From Lama glama (taxonomy: Eukaryota): a DNA stretch of 64,000 bases. The notes beneath the pieces are model-generated. The model was not told where the DNA came from, made no database searches, and was given only the letters and a program-made list of their open reading frames with translations. The position numbers were made by a program, and so were the translations under genes. Below, piece after piece: positions 38,285 to 52,800 of this stretch (position 1 is the first letter of the stretch; each line of letters begins with the position of its first letter). Where the stretch lies: assembly GCA_028534125.1 (NCBI GenBank), contig CM052816.1, positions 89,592,001 to 89,656,000 on the forward strand. Direction: 5' to 3'.

Positions 38285-38395
38285 ATACATGGATAGACTT
38301 CATGGGTTTTCATGAATCCCCTGGAAATACCTGTGCCAGGGTCTTGTAAGTATGTGCATTTTATCTGGGAGATGACAAAGTTTCCATCCACCTGG
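38285..38395. mobile_element. MER103-like hAT-Charlie fragment
   Basis: GGATAGACTTCATGGG...ATGAATCCCCTGGAAAT...GTATGTGCATTTTATCTGGGAGA. Confidence 0.6.
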
Positions 38396-39909
38396 TTCCA
38401 TCAAGCTTTCAAACTTTGTAAAGGAAAAAAAGAAGAAAAAAAAAGAAAATAAACAAAAAAAGCAGAGTCTTGCATCACACGCAGCAGGAATTGAAAAAAG
38501 GGCTTGAATTAGACAGTCTCAAAGAAGCAAAAGAGCAATTTAAAAGGCCCACTGCACTTATCAGGCACATTGCTCTCTGGGAGAAATAGAGGCCAAGATA
38601 GTAACTAGCAAACACTTAGTGTTTCATAAATACTAATGCAATGGCTCAAAATCCCTCTGGAGTTAACCCTGCTGTATTCATTGCTAATGTAATTTAATTG
38701 CACTTCAGAAGTATTTGCCTATGATGTAGACTTTTCACTTCTATAAACCTGCCTTTTTACTAAGAAGGGAATGTCTGTTTGAGAGTAAATTAATCTCTTA
38801 TTCACCAAAGGCTCATTAATATTTACCTCTCCTAGGCTCATAGGGAAGCATGATTTAATAATAATGTTTGCATTTTCAGAATTCTCTAGCCTCCTGTCAA
38901 AAAGACCACATCTGTCATATTGATTTGCTTCCAACATCCACAGGTTAATGAGCAAGGCACCATGGGCGATGCAACTTCTGGTGTCTTCTGTTGCAACTAT
39001 TTTTATTGAGGACTATTAAGCAACACAGATTTTGTCAATTTGAGTTGCCTGTAAATACATAACTCATTATTCTTCAATTGACTAAATTTACAAAGATAAA
39101 GTCTGGCAAAAATGATTGATTACCTTTTATCATGGAGAAGACACTTTGATGTATTTCATGAGCAGAAGTTATGTATATTTTATAGAGCACATTTGTAAGT
39201 AAGGAGAGCCTTCTTGAGTTTTTCACACAGTACTAATGTATTTTTAATTAAAAACAAATTATTAATGGTTATTGAAGCTTTGAATTTATATATCTAAAGT
39301 TTATAATACTTCCAGCTAAACAGGCATGGTGAGAATCTCATTTAGAGCATTTTATATTTTTGGATAAGTTTTATTTCAAATAGGTGTATATGTACATATG
39401 ATTGTTTTAGCAAAGTATAATTCATCGAGTAATTTTTACAGAGATTTCTCCTATTTCATTTGACCAAAATTTGGATGTAGACATTCTCTGAATTTACAAA
39501 TGATGAATTAGAAAACACTTATGAAAATGTGTTTAGTATGCATAAGGAAGTGTCCTTAGGATGTGCTTTGGTTATTTCATAAATCAATGTATTTTGAAAT
39601 CTATTTTCACCATTCTTGAGATCAATACCCTTTCCAAACATTTGACCCTCATAATATATTCAATACCAGACATTAGAGTGCACATTTAATTAAATTTCAT
39701 CCAAATAAAAAAATTAATTTTTAATATTTTATGTGCCAAGTACTGTATCATATAATACCAAGCTTAAGATAGAACAGGTCAGTATGGATTCTGTCCACAT
39801 TTAACACACCCATCTTTGCAGTGATATAATCACCTCAGATTCAGGGAATTTATTTTGATGATCACAAATTTCATATGCATTTATCTCAACTTTAAAAAAA
39901 TGTTTTCTG

Positions 39910-40292
39910 TCAACATTGATTGGCTGAGTCATGCATGAGAAATAAAGGAATCTCCAAATTTAGTAGCTTAAAAAGCTTTACATAGCACAAGATTCTATGA
40001 ACCCATTACAGGTCATCCAGGGACTCAGTTTATTAAAATCAGTAAAGATCAGAGCTGATGGGACTTAATGTAAATGCAGGCTTCTATGATCACAAAACTG
40101 GAAGTCAGAAAACAGAGTGACCCACGTGCTGGCTCATAAGGCTTCTCCACAGTAGTGGTAGAGTATCTTACCACCATGCGTATTTCATTGACTAAAAGAA
40201 AACACATGTCAACTGAACAGAGATGAATAAATTTCTCTAAGAGAGGAATATCTGGTAGTTTTTTTTAATGGACTAGAAATATAATCTATCTT
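39910..40292 (-). mobile_element. Old MLT1 (J/K/L-like) LTR
   Basis: CCACGTGCTGGCTCATAAGGCTTCT...ATTTCATTGACTAAAAGAAAACACATG...ATAATCTA. Confidence 0.6.
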
Positions 40293-40499
40293 AGATTAAT
40301 TACTTAAGAAAATGTTCAGAATCTTTCTACTTAGTTAAAATGATAAGCTTTTCTTTCCCCACTGCTGAGATTGTTTTAATGATTTCCATGAATATTTATC
40401 TGTAGTAAAGAATGTGAATAGTGCCACAAAATAGACATAAAAAAGATCATTGACTTTCATATATAATTCCCTGGTTTGGGTCATAGTTTGATTATGTAT

Positions 40500-40500
<1 letters not shown>

Positions 40501-40531
<31 letters not shown>

Positions 40532-40572
40532 CCTACCTACCTACCTACCTACCTATCTATCTACCTATCTAT
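40501..40572 (+). repeat. Compound tetranucleotide microsatellite (CTAT)7(CTAC)6(CTAT)2CTAC(CTAT)2
   Basis: Counted directly; lies within a MIR. Confidence 0.97.
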
Positions 40573-40574
40573 CT

Positions 40575-40720
40575 TGCATGCTTTTACAAGCCTGACTTAA
40601 ATTCCACAATCCTTAGTTTTCTTATCTCTGAAATGGCACTATTTGTCTCATAGAGGTGTTAGGAAGACCACAGGATCTAATGTCTGCAAAGCCAGAGACT
40701 AAATACAGTAACAAATTTTA
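40575..40720 (+). mobile_element. MIR fragment
   Basis: CCTTAGTTTTCTTATCTCTGAAATGG...CTCATAGAGGTGTTAGGAAG. Confidence 0.65.
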
Positions 40721-41809
40721 GGGATTCAGTCTATTTTACTGTTCTGATAATACATTTATTATTATTTGCATATATAAGTATAAGGCCAGTTTAACTTGAA
40801 AACTTGAGAATATTTAACTGAATCTGATCAGAGAAAAAATTATATTTCTACCCCTTGGAAATATATAAAAGAAAAGAAATTATTTGCTCTGCAATGTGGA
40901 CAAGGTGTGCTGCATAAATGATTGCTTGATATCATAGGAGAGCAAAACCAGCCATTATTCTACCAGCTTGTTTCTCTATAGGGGCTAAAATGCTGGTGAA
41001 AGAAGTATTCAGAACTCCACAATGGAGTGATTGGAAGTCCCAATGACTCAGAATGGCACTGAATGATAAAGAACAAAGAAACAACTGAAGCAATGAAGAA
41101 AGTGCTTCAGAGAATCGATGTAATATTTCTTCATGTCACTCGATAATCACTTTAGTAAGATGCATCGCTTTCATACCTGTGGAAATCCTAGAGAGGATGA
41201 CCAGGGAAAAATAAATCCTGTGAAACCATTTGCAGGCACACAGTAGCAGAGAGACTAGCCAGCTTTATTTTCAAAGTAAAAAAAAAAGTTTTTTCAAAAA
41301 TTAAACTGTTAAAAAGTTATCTGAGTATGGGAATACAAATGATATCTGATATGTGACACATGGTGACTGCCATTATAGACCTTGAACTCTATGTATGAAA
41401 ACAAGGTCTAAAGATATCTAAATTGAAATAAAATGCAAGATTAACCTTCAAGAGTTGTTTTAATACACTACAAACATCTACTTGAGTTGTGTATATTAAT
41501 CATACATATTTGTATTTGAAAGGCAACACCATTAAAGAGAAGATTCTTTCAATCATGCATTACCTCAAGAAATATCTTTGCATATCTACTACATAACTGC
41601 TCTGGGCTTTAAGACCACAGTGGCGAGAGCAGTCCATGTCTTCACTGAATGTGTAGGCTAGTGGGTGATACAGTGAAAATAAGAAATACACAGATGAATA
41701 AAGTAAGTGTAAATCTGGATAAGAACTATAACTGAAACAAACAAAAAGTTACAGCTAATATGAGAGCAAAAAATAATCATCATACAGGGTGGTAAGAAAG
41801 CTGTTTTTG

Positions 41810-43730
41810 CAGTAAGAGTGTTGGTGGTTACAATCACACTTACCTTTCACTCATGAGTTTATAAACTGGCAATGCTCTATTTGGCCCCACTACTTATGTC
41901 TTCCTATTTTGGATTTCAGGTGAAAGAAGTAAACCCCTTTTGATGGCAGAAGGTGAGGGAAAAAAAAAAAAGACTGGATCAATTTATAGAGGCACATTAA
42001 GAATTTAGGATAATAACATACACATAATCTATCAAGAAAAGAAAAACATATAGACACATCTGACAATGGAATGTGGCAAAGATGGGATATTAAATAGTCT
42101 TACAGGGGAAGGAGAAGACAACTGGAGAAAAAACACAATTTGGTGCAGTTTGCTTTGTTAATCATAAATATCCATTTCTCTTCCAAATGAAAATATAACT
42201 CTTCCCTTCTGAAGGGAGTTAATCCCCCCAAAATCCTCATCCAACCGTAATATGAGGCCCAAAGTCCAGGGATTTTTAATATACTCTAGTTCCAGGTGAA
42301 GTTCCTCCTGATTTAGGTGGCTAGCACCTGAAAATACAAGTTACCGAATTCTCCTCAAACACAACACACAATAATCCAGAAGAACAAAAATGGATCCATT
42401 CAGAAAAAAGAAGACAGCACATTGATTGCTGGTCCATCACAATTCTGAAATACCACTGGGACCTGAGGTTCTCTCTGTAGACAAGATATGTTCCCTGATT
42501 AGGTTCATTGTGCTAAGACCCTGTCCCTTGTTTTCTGTGGCTCTCGGTCCTGACCCCCTGGGACATCTTCTTTTTTCCATTCACCTCCTTGGCTCCATAT
42601 GATGTTTGGAGAATGTTATCTCTGGAAACTGAATTTTTTTTTTCACTTGAACCTCTTGAAGGTAGAAAGTAAGGGAACGGAAAATATCATTTTTAAAATC
42701 AGTAACAGATTATCTCCACCAATCTAATGGCATAATGGAATAAACAGCATTGTCAAAGTTTTGGTGATTTTTCTCTTTCTCTCTCAATTTGGTTAGAAGT
42801 ATATTGACCCTAAATGCTTCTAAGGAACTACTTTCTTGTTCTTATTTTCCTGAACCATTTTGTGCAAATGAAACATTTATCTGGGGTCATGTTAAGTTAA
42901 TCAAAAGTCTTAACAAAGGGTACAATTGTCATTCTTCTGAATTTGTCTTTTCCTGAATCAGTCTTATTCTGAGTCTTTATAGACCTTCATAAATAATAGC
43001 ACTTCTCAAATTTTTATATGCATATTTCACAAGAATCTGTTCGGTTTCTCAATTCTATAGGTTCCAGAACTTTTGGGCTGTCTAGTTTCCTTTTAATCCT
43101 TCTGCAAAATAGGTCAATTGTCTTTTTTTTTTTTTTTGCTTGCATTTTTTTTTTGTAGCATTTCATCACAGAAAGCTATTCAACCAATACTCATTACCAA
43201 TGTTTTACTCATTTCCTGGTTTAACTGATAGTGTAGATTTGAATGTTGCAACCAAATTTTAATCCTTCCAGATATTTCTGATTAGGAAAATTGCAATACA
43301 GAAACAACAGTGTAAAAATTCGTTGGCTTCAAAAAATAAAAATTAGTTTCTCACTCAGCTATGCTGATGACTTTGCTGGGTTTTGCCTGGCTCTGCAGGA
43401 CTCTGAGGGGCTTTTCTGAGCTTTGTTGCATCCTGGTTGTCTGTACATGCCTTTTTATTTAAGGTCCAGACTGAAGGATTAGACATTTTCTCATGGCAGA
43501 AGACAGGAAAAAGAAGTTGAATCAAGTTATTCAAACACAGTTGATGCTTATTCTCAGAAAAAGTGAGTCTCGTCAATTAACATTTCATCAGCTAAGACAA
43601 ACCACATGACCAAAATAGTGAGGGGTGTAGAAATGCACCCTGCCTCGGAGGAGGCATGGCAAGGATGGGATGAATAATATCCTTACTGGGAGAAAAAGAA
43701 TAATTAGAAACAATAATACAATTTATCCTA
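41810..43730 (-). mobile_element. Decayed MLT1-type MaLR provirus (LTR - internal - LTR) inserted in an L2
   Basis: LTR-like blocks at about 41810-42150 and 43270-43730 flank MLT1-int-like sequence (CCCCCCAAAATCCTCATCCAAC...AAAGTCCAGG). L2-like sequence lies on both sides (41540-41810, 43730-44040). Confidence 0.6.
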
Positions 43731-44052
43731 GAAGTATTTAAGATGGAATGTTTCATGATGTGTGGAATGAAGAGGCAGAAAAAATAGTGTATTAGCAGAG
43801 TTTGAATTAAGAAAGAGCTCTGTGTGTCTATGTATCCCACAAAACATCAATATTGCTGAAATGCAGCAAGAGAGAGGGAGAAGGGCTAAAGATGAGTCAG
43901 GCTATATAAACTACATCCAGATAGTCTATATACCACAGGCAAGAGTGAGAAATTTAAGTCTTTATCTTAAGCACAGTGGAAAACTATAAAATTTATTTAG
44001 TATGGGAAAGGAAATAATTTAATATTTATTTCACTTTAATATGCATTTGTAA

Positions 44053-44500
44053 TGTCTTTGTTTGGGTTTAGTAGAAGCAAGGTCTAAGATGATAATCTGT
44101 ATGCAAGTAATTTATTGAGAAAGTGCTTCCAAGGGAAATTAGGAAAGGACAGGGGGAGCAGAAAAAGGGGGAAGGCCAGGCCAGGCTATCATCAACCTGA
44201 CCCATCCGAAGTATAAATTATAACTCAGAGCTCTCTCTCCTCAAGACACGGGACTTTAGTGTCACACAGTGGTATCAGTCAATGATGAGTTAAAGTCCCC
44301 TTTTCTGGAGTGTAATCTTCTGGTATTTTTTGCAGTCCTTGAATGTGGGTTCCATAGCCTGAATGCAACCATCTGAAAAAGATTCATCTGAAAAAAGAGA
44401 CGTTGGTAGGAAGAGTACTAATGCCAGGGGACCCCACAGGCTAGGCTCGGTGCTCATACTAGGTGGACTTACAGAATCCAGGTGACATTTTTGTGGCACT
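44053..44500 (-). mobile_element. ERVL LTR (LTR16/LTR67-like)
   Basis: TGTC...AGAAGCAAGGTCTAAGAT...TGCAAGTAATTTATTGAGAAAGTG. Confidence 0.6.
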
Positions 44501-45404
44501 GCCATGCTTCATAAGAACTCATGTAGCACTTACTTCCTTGGTGTTGCCTCCTAGTTGGTGCTGAATTTTACTATGAAACGTTTCTCTCGTCTAGACCTCT
44601 CTCCATGGTGCTGACTCCTTCTTCTGGATGGCAAAAACATCTTATGTAAAGATGTGCTTTATGTTGTCCTCAAAATATTAGTCAAAATAGCCTGGAGAGG
44701 AGCTAGGTTCATGGAGTAGCTCAGAACTCTTTTGCCTAGAAAACTGCTGGCCAAGTTTGTACCTGAGCACTTTGACTTCCTAACTTCAAAAATCTGTTTT
44801 CAAAAAAATCTTTATTCAAAATAAAGGAGAGGAGGGGGAGGCGAATTTTAACAAATGTACCATTTTGATTGATAACAACAAGTTAATATTACTAAGAATA
44901 AATTTCATACCCTGATAAACGTGGGTTGTAATGTTTTTCTTTAAAATATTGACTTTAAATAATATTCATTTTGAGTCTAGTAACTAAGTCCAAATTTGAT
45001 TTTTAACCATGGAGTAATTCCTGAGAAATGTTTAGATTGTACATCTCACGCTGGCAGAGATTGTGCCTTACACTTTTGTACTTATGTTTAGTTCAATATA
45101 CCCAATATGCTAGGCCTCATTAAACACTTGTTGATGGTTTGAAAATAAAAAAAAAAAATTGCTTTGGAAGGAAGAGAGAACAGCCATGTGCTTCTGAACA
45201 CCTTGACCTACTTTAAAATTCCTTTTCCCCTTCATCGTAGTAGATTTACATTGAAACCAGGGCACTCATACAAACGAAAACCACAGAGGGGCTGTCCAAC
45301 CCTTATGCCTTATACAATACTCCTTGCTGATATAGGCCAGGGCCCTTTCACTAGTCTTTCTCTTTTATGATTTTGGAGCTGGTGAGTTGGGCTAAGTTGG
45401 GGAC

Positions 45405-45600
45405 CGCTTCAGTGTCATGGTTTTAAGTAAAATCTTGGGTCTCTGCAAACCTTGTTCACACCCCAGCTGTGTCCCTTGCTAGTTGCTGGCTTCAGGTCAG
45501 TTATTCTTAGCTTCCATATCTCTTAGCATCAGTTTACTTGACTGTTAAATGGGGATAGTAATATACACCTCACAGGGTTGTAAGGATAAAATGTCCCAAA
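45405..45600 (+). mobile_element. MIR
   Basis: CCCAGCTGTGTCCCTTGCTAG...CAGTTTACTTGACTGTTAAATGGGGATAGTAATATACACCTCACAGGGTTGT. Confidence 0.75.
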
Positions 45601-48600
45601 CTTTTGTCTGCCTCCCTCTATAGTTTTTTTCTTCCTCAGTAACGTATGTTATGTATGTGCATTTTTGTTTCTGTATTTATTTATTTAGGTATTATGTTTA
45701 TATGTATTTATTTATTTTCATAAACAGGAAGTAACTTTAAATATTGTGAAAGTTGAAAAATTTTTACAGCATGACTTTTTCCAAAATATTGTAACAATCT
45801 CTACAATTGTTAGGTTCTCCAACAATTGTTCTGTATGGTGTGTGTATTCCAAATGTTTGATAAGAAGATGAAAGCTTAGAATTAGAGATGACTTCATTAA
45901 GCTGTAATCTGGTACAATGTGAGGCCAAGGCATATTATGCAATCCAGTCATACAGAAGCTGTATTTTTCCCTCAAAACTGAGAGAGATTTTTGAAGTGAG
46001 AAGGGAATTTGTTTCTTTATCTGAACAGGAGTCATTGAACAAGGAATTTAATGGTGTGAAAAACAGCCCTCACAGGGCTGACTCAACATACTTTTTATGG
46101 TACCCCACCTGCTAGTGTTTGGTGAAGACTTCAGATTCTTGGCAGAGATGACAGGCAGGGAGAGGATGGCATTGACTGAAGCTTTATCCACCTCAGCCTT
46201 GTTCCTAATCCTGCCGTCAGTTCACCAGTGTCTTTCCATGGAGATTATTCCCTTCTCTTAGGTAACAGTCACTGTCACCTTTTGCTGAATCTCATGGTGG
46301 AGCAAATTGCCCTTTAGCAAGGCAAGCCTGTTGTATAGTCAGCCATAGCTGGGGTACACTTTCCAACAGACTCGGGTCCACTGATCTCAAACCAAATGAG
46401 AAGATCATACCTGCACATGCTCTGGGCAAGGCTGGTTTTCCTCAGGGTGTTTGACTTGGTGGCTATAACAGGCATGGAGAGTGGGATGGGTGGAGGGAAG
46501 AATCACGGAGATGGCTGAGATGGACTCTTAAACCAATGTCCTTGCATGTGAAGTAGGTGCTGCTGATCCTGCCCATTGACTCTGAGTATGATGGGCTTGG
46601 TTTTGATATATTCCACAAATGATTCCAAACCTCCAGCGAAATCAAGTTTCAGGCATTCAAGACCTTCCATAATGTCCCCCAATTGAACTTCCTTTTCTAT
46701 CAGAGATAAAGCTCCTAGAAGGAAGAGGCTTTAGAATTTTTTATTATTGCCTCTCAGCTGCCTACATCATGATGTGGGATGTTATAGGCAGTCAATCAAT
46801 ATTTTTAAAAATGAGAGAAAGCAGAAATGAAACAAAGAAATAAAAAAGCAGAAAGGAAAAAATAAAGGAAAATATATACATTATTGAATGCAACTGGTTA
46901 TTTCAATGTTTACATAGAAAAATAAGTTAAAATATATTAATACTTGAAAATATTATTTAAAAAATAAACAGACTTTATTTTTATATATTAGAGAATATTA
47001 CAGAAATAAAATTTAAGTGATAAAGAGTTAGCTAAAAACTAAATATGTTAAACAATCAAAGAGTTGAGAAATGTCAAATAACATATATAACTGTTCACAA
47101 TAAAATAAATTATAAGTAAATAATTGTCAAATAATTATTTTACTAATACAATCTATTAGAATATATGTTTATATCACCAGGGAAATGTTCAAATATATTT
47201 GTAACTACCTTTGAGCCATAAAAATTGACAGATATCAGTAGGATTTAAATACAATTTACAAGTCATAGCAATGACTATGGAGGTAACTCTCAAAATCACG
47301 TAGGACATGCAATTTTTAAATGACAGAAGCAATAGAATAACCTAAAAACCGAAGAAAGAAGTCAGAAGAGACAAGTGGATGAAAACAAAATACTATATTT
47401 GCACTGATGAAACTAATGGAAGAATGTTTCTCTAGATCTGCAGGTAAATGAGTTGTTAAAACCTGTTAAATCATAAGTCCTTCTGCACAAGAACACCATT
47501 TCTGTTCTGGATGGACTAGAAGATAAAGATGACTCAAGTTAAAAAAAAAAGTGGAACTCAAATTCTATGCTGAAGTTCTTGTGCCAAACTTTTATCTTGG
47601 AGAATATTGTCTGGGATGGGGGATATAAAGAATCTGGAAAGCCTCCAGGATAGAGGAAAAATTACCCAACTTAGAAGCATGAGTGTGAAATATGTGTTCT
47701 GTTCTAAACAACAAATTGGAATAGGAAGAAAAAATTACAACCCTCAAAAAGAGGAAAAAAACTTAACAAATACATTTTAGAAGTGTTATTTCTGAAATTA
47801 TAAGGGCATAAAGCATTCTTTGTGCTTTATCTAATGTAGTAATACATATAAAATAAATTACATGTGTTGTTGATAATTTTTAGTTTCTATCAATCATAGT
47901 ATCAATCATAGTATAAATCCAATGTATTCTAAAAAGACATTAATAGAAATAAATATTAGGTGGCTTCAGATGTCTTATTTAAAAGAAAATATATTTGAAG
48001 AATATTATTTGAGTAAATTAAAAACTAAAAATGAAACTTACATGGAGATGCTATTAAAGACCTTGTATGTAAGACAACGAACTGACATTCCAGGGTTCAT
48101 TTTGTTTTGATAGTTTTGTCTTTACATTAAGTCTTCCTAATTTCCTTGGTTGGGAAGACAGTCAAAAGACAGCTGAGCCACAAACTTCCTAATTTGATTG
48201 TCTTAATCATTGTTTTAGTGTAAATTAAGCTGAATGTCTGGAATAGATATCTGAAGTGGAATTTGCCTGTCCATGGGTATGACTATTTTAATCCTAAAAA
48301 GAAAAATAATAGAACTTAATTTCTAATACTATTACCACCAAATAAAGGCTTATACTCCCTTTTAGCTGTTTTACTGCAAGGAAAGCATTCAAATTTTGAC
48401 TTAAAATTTATCTATTACACATTATTAACAAGGACTTAATGTGTAGGTCCATTTAGAGTATGAAACTACTAGATTTATTTTGACTTTTATTTTACTTGCA
48501 GTTGCTATAATAGAAAAATCTATTATTCCTCATGTTTTAGTGACAATAGATCCTTATGTAGTTTGAATTAAAAAATGATCAGGATTGCATGTAGTTTTTC

Positions 48601-50722
48601 TCTTTGTCATGACTGGTTATGAAAATCATTTATCTCAAATAACCTTAAAAGTAGGTTCATATTTTAGATCTTATTAAATTAAAAGTAGAAAGGCACAAAA
48701 CTATCAACCAAGAGTAATGATTTTTTTTTATTCTCAAGTTTCTTCTTGATCGTAGACATTTATTGTTCACTTTGTTTTAAATTATAGTGTGCTGACTTGA
48801 ATATGATCATAGGCTACATTTAATCTGGTTATGCGTTACCAGCATTAACTATGAATATGTTCTTTAATATCTACTCAGATAGCTTTTCATAGGATGAAAC
48901 TCTTATTCCTAGATCAGTACACTGTGTGTCAAGTGCTGATCAAAGGACTTAAAAATGGAAATTAAAAACAAAAATCCTCATTGGAATTCAGGCAAACCCA
49001 TCCCACACAATTCTAACAGCATATAAACAGGCAACATTATAAATGCCATATAAAGGCAGCAAAGTGGGATAAATATATCAAGAAAGACTGCTCTGTTGTA
49101 TTGATCCCAATCAGATTTGTTACAAGATGTTAAACTTTAATTAAAGGGTGATCATTGTCAATCACTTTATTTCCTAAGTTTAAATGAGTGATTTCATTAT
49201 CATTTTCAATGAAGTTGGCATTATTTATTGCCAGGAGCACTTTTGGTGGAAAATAAACCTGAGTCTCTGTTCTCCTTCTGGGAGTCAGGAGGTTGAGTCA
49301 GGTCATAGGAGATGTTCTATCAATAAGGCAGAAACCCAGGGATTACTGATTATTGGAAGAAATTTAAGAACTTCTTTGGGTTGAAAAGATTGATTTTTTG
49401 TCATTTCATCAGTTGCATTAACTCAACATCAGAGAAAAAAACAAAGCAGTAAAAGGAGACAGTTAAAAGTAAGCACTGTTGTCAACCACCAGAGTTACAG
49501 GGAAAGTTTTGAAATACATTAATACAAAAAATAAACTTAGTATACGGTAGAAAAATGATTATTTAAAATAAAGTTTAATAGCTACAAAATATCATTTAAA
49601 AAGCAATCTTTTTGAAGGAACTTTCAAAATTACAAAGAAAGTCCAAATGCCCCATTTTCTAAATGATGTATCTACAGCTCAGAATTTAAGATATGTACAT
49701 CAATTCTCTTTCCACTGTATCATATAATAGCAACATATACGAAAGAATGCTAGTCTGTGGTGTATTAATGCTAAATTCACACTAGCCAAATATCATTTTG
49801 TTGATTAATGATATTTACTTACAATGTTTTCTTTGAAAGTCTATTGAGTTCATGTAAACAATTTTGGGCAGATTAGGTAAGACATACTGAAGCCTTTATA
49901 CGTGTAAATGGTGCCATTATACATATGTAATGACTTACCCATGTTAACTTTGATTTACTATTTACAAAATTCCTCTGCTGGTCCCTGAGCTTGAAGAGAT
50001 GAGAGCGACTTTTAACTGGACGTGGGGTAAAATTTTTAGGTAGTTGGATGTAGAGAAAATTAGATAATTCTTACAGCTAAAACATAAAAATTAGCAAACC
50101 AATTTGGTGACTACCCTGGATATAGTTAAGGGTTGGAGAAAGAGTTAAACAGCTAACATATTGGAAGAAATTAGAGATTAGAAAAAACAAAATCTGTTTT
50201 CCATACTGTACTTAGTCCCTTCTCTACATTATTTATATTTATAAGAAAATCTTAGATGACTGAAGTCAGATTCTTTTAGGAGAATTTCTATAACAATTAC
50301 TGTTATTCAGTGAGTGAATATCGTCCAAGAAGAAACATAAACATTGTCTTTCGATTCTCATTTTACAGGGAACCATTTTCACCTACAGCATTGCTAAGTT
50401 AGTAACTATTATGATTACCCACGTTCTTTGGATACTAAAGATCAATAAGCAATATTCTAAGAGAGGAAAAAGGAAAATAAAAATACTTAAGGTGCCAAAA
50501 ATCCAAACATCCTTTATGGTTGAGATCTTGTGGGATAGTATTAAAGAAAAAAAGAAAAGGAATTTTCTATTCTCTGATTCCTTCTGTCTTCAGCAAAATG
50601 TTTCCCGGGAAAGTAACTCTGGAGTATTAGCCCAGTGAGGAAACCACTGTTCTAATTGTGTGAATCAAATGTCCCTCTTTTTTTCAGCCAACTTTAGGTT
50701 ATCTTAATTAGGAGTTACTCTA

Positions 50723-51222
50723 NNNNNNNNNNNNNNNNNNNNNNNNNNNNNNNNNNNNNNNNNNNNNNNNNNNNNNNNNNNNNNNNNNNNNNNNNNNNNN
50801 NNNNNNNNNNNNNNNNNNNNNNNNNNNNNNNNNNNNNNNNNNNNNNNNNNNNNNNNNNNNNNNNNNNNNNNNNNNNNNNNNNNNNNNNNNNNNNNNNNNN
50901 NNNNNNNNNNNNNNNNNNNNNNNNNNNNNNNNNNNNNNNNNNNNNNNNNNNNNNNNNNNNNNNNNNNNNNNNNNNNNNNNNNNNNNNNNNNNNNNNNNNN
51001 NNNNNNNNNNNNNNNNNNNNNNNNNNNNNNNNNNNNNNNNNNNNNNNNNNNNNNNNNNNNNNNNNNNNNNNNNNNNNNNNNNNNNNNNNNNNNNNNNNNN
51101 NNNNNNNNNNNNNNNNNNNNNNNNNNNNNNNNNNNNNNNNNNNNNNNNNNNNNNNNNNNNNNNNNNNNNNNNNNNNNNNNNNNNNNNNNNNNNNNNNNNN
51201 NNNNNNNNNNNNNNNNNNNNNN
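50723..51222. other. Assembly gap (500 N)
   Basis: Run of N. Confidence 1.
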
Positions 51223-51879
51223 CAAAGAACTTTGAGATTATCATTCACAATATGCCTGTGTATTTGTTCATCAAACTCATGGCTATTTTAATAATGCAAA
51301 AATAAGTAATTACAGGCCTATGCATTCCCAGATGCATTTCACTTTTTTTTTTCCCTTTAAGTAATGTTCTCCCAAATAGCTACCGCCTCACTTTCCCACA
51401 CTTAGCTGGCAATGGGCTTTCATTTTCTTAATATATTTTCCTTAAGAACCTTGCTCCTCATTATTTTCATATATATATATATATATATTCATATTCATAT
51501 CTCTAAATGTATACACACATACACATAATGTTCTTCATGAAACAGAGATGACAAGTATTTTACCAGTAAACTTTACTTTTACACATTTAAATGGGCTTAC
51601 ACCCAGTTACTTCTTTTTGAATTAAAAGATGGTTATAATAAGATATACTTTAAGAGCAAGAAATTTAAAATCCAGATTATAGTATGTAGGTTTTATTGTT
51701 TTTATTTATTACACCTATGTTTATGATGATGTTAAATATATAGGACTTATTCAGTAAGTTAATATTTAATAAGTGAATGACAAAATAAATGTAAAGACAA
51801 TTCAATAAGTTAATAAATCAATATATTTGGGTTTTCTGTACATAAAACTAGGTGGAAGAGAAAATTGATAATTCTTTTT

Positions 51880-52800
51880 ATGCCAATACTTTTTTAAAAT
51901 TTACTGGTGAAAGTAAAATATGAATTTAAGTTGCCTAATTATGACTACCCATCTGCCACATAAACATTAAAAGATTTCTACACATTCAGTATAACAAATA
52001 TGTAAATAAAATATAATAAAATAACTGCTTCAGAGCTATATGTTTCTTGTTATTTCATTTTACTTGTTAAACTGTAAGGCAGATTGTAAGAATTCTATCA
52101 GATAATGATAAAACTTTATTAAAAGACATTATAATAGACATAACTTAAGGGAGACATACACCATGTTATATGTGAAAAGAATAAATAATTTGAAGCTGAG
52201 GATTTTCTCTCAATATAAATATAGTCAATACCGTGTGTAGGTTCCACAACAGAGTAATTCACGGAGCTTAATAAGCCAATTCTCAAATATGTAAAATATT
52301 GATATAGTAAGATCATTTCTGAAAAAGGACCAAGGAGGACAACTGGTCATTCATGATACCTGGACGTATGAAACAATGTTAATGTTGATATTGTGGTATG
52401 AACTCAGGATTAATCAACGGAGTAGGATAGAGATCCCAGAAACCGGCAACTTTGATAGGTGACAGAGGTTGCTTGCCAGGTCACTGAGGAAAGAAGGGGC
52501 AGTTGGGAAAAATGAAGCAGAAAACTAATGACATTAAAAAGATGGACTTAAATTAAACTATGTACAGTATATTCAACGATTGACTTCAGATGGGGCAAAT
52601 TCTTAAAGGCAAAAATTATCATCAATAACAAAAGAAGAAACAAACACCAAAACCTTGGGGACACTGATTGGTAAATATAATTGAATTGTTTGTACTTTGA
52701 CATCCTGAAAGATTTCTTTAACAAGACATAAAATCAGTCATAAGGAAACAACAGATACACATGCCTATACTTAACTGAAAAACCAACAAAGGAAACCAGA
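51880..52800 (+). mobile_element. Ancient L1M ORF2 3' region remnant
   Basis: AAAACTTTATTAAAAGACATT...GAGACATACACCATGTT...AAGCCAATTCTCAAAT...ATAGAGATCCCAGAAAC. Confidence 0.7.
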
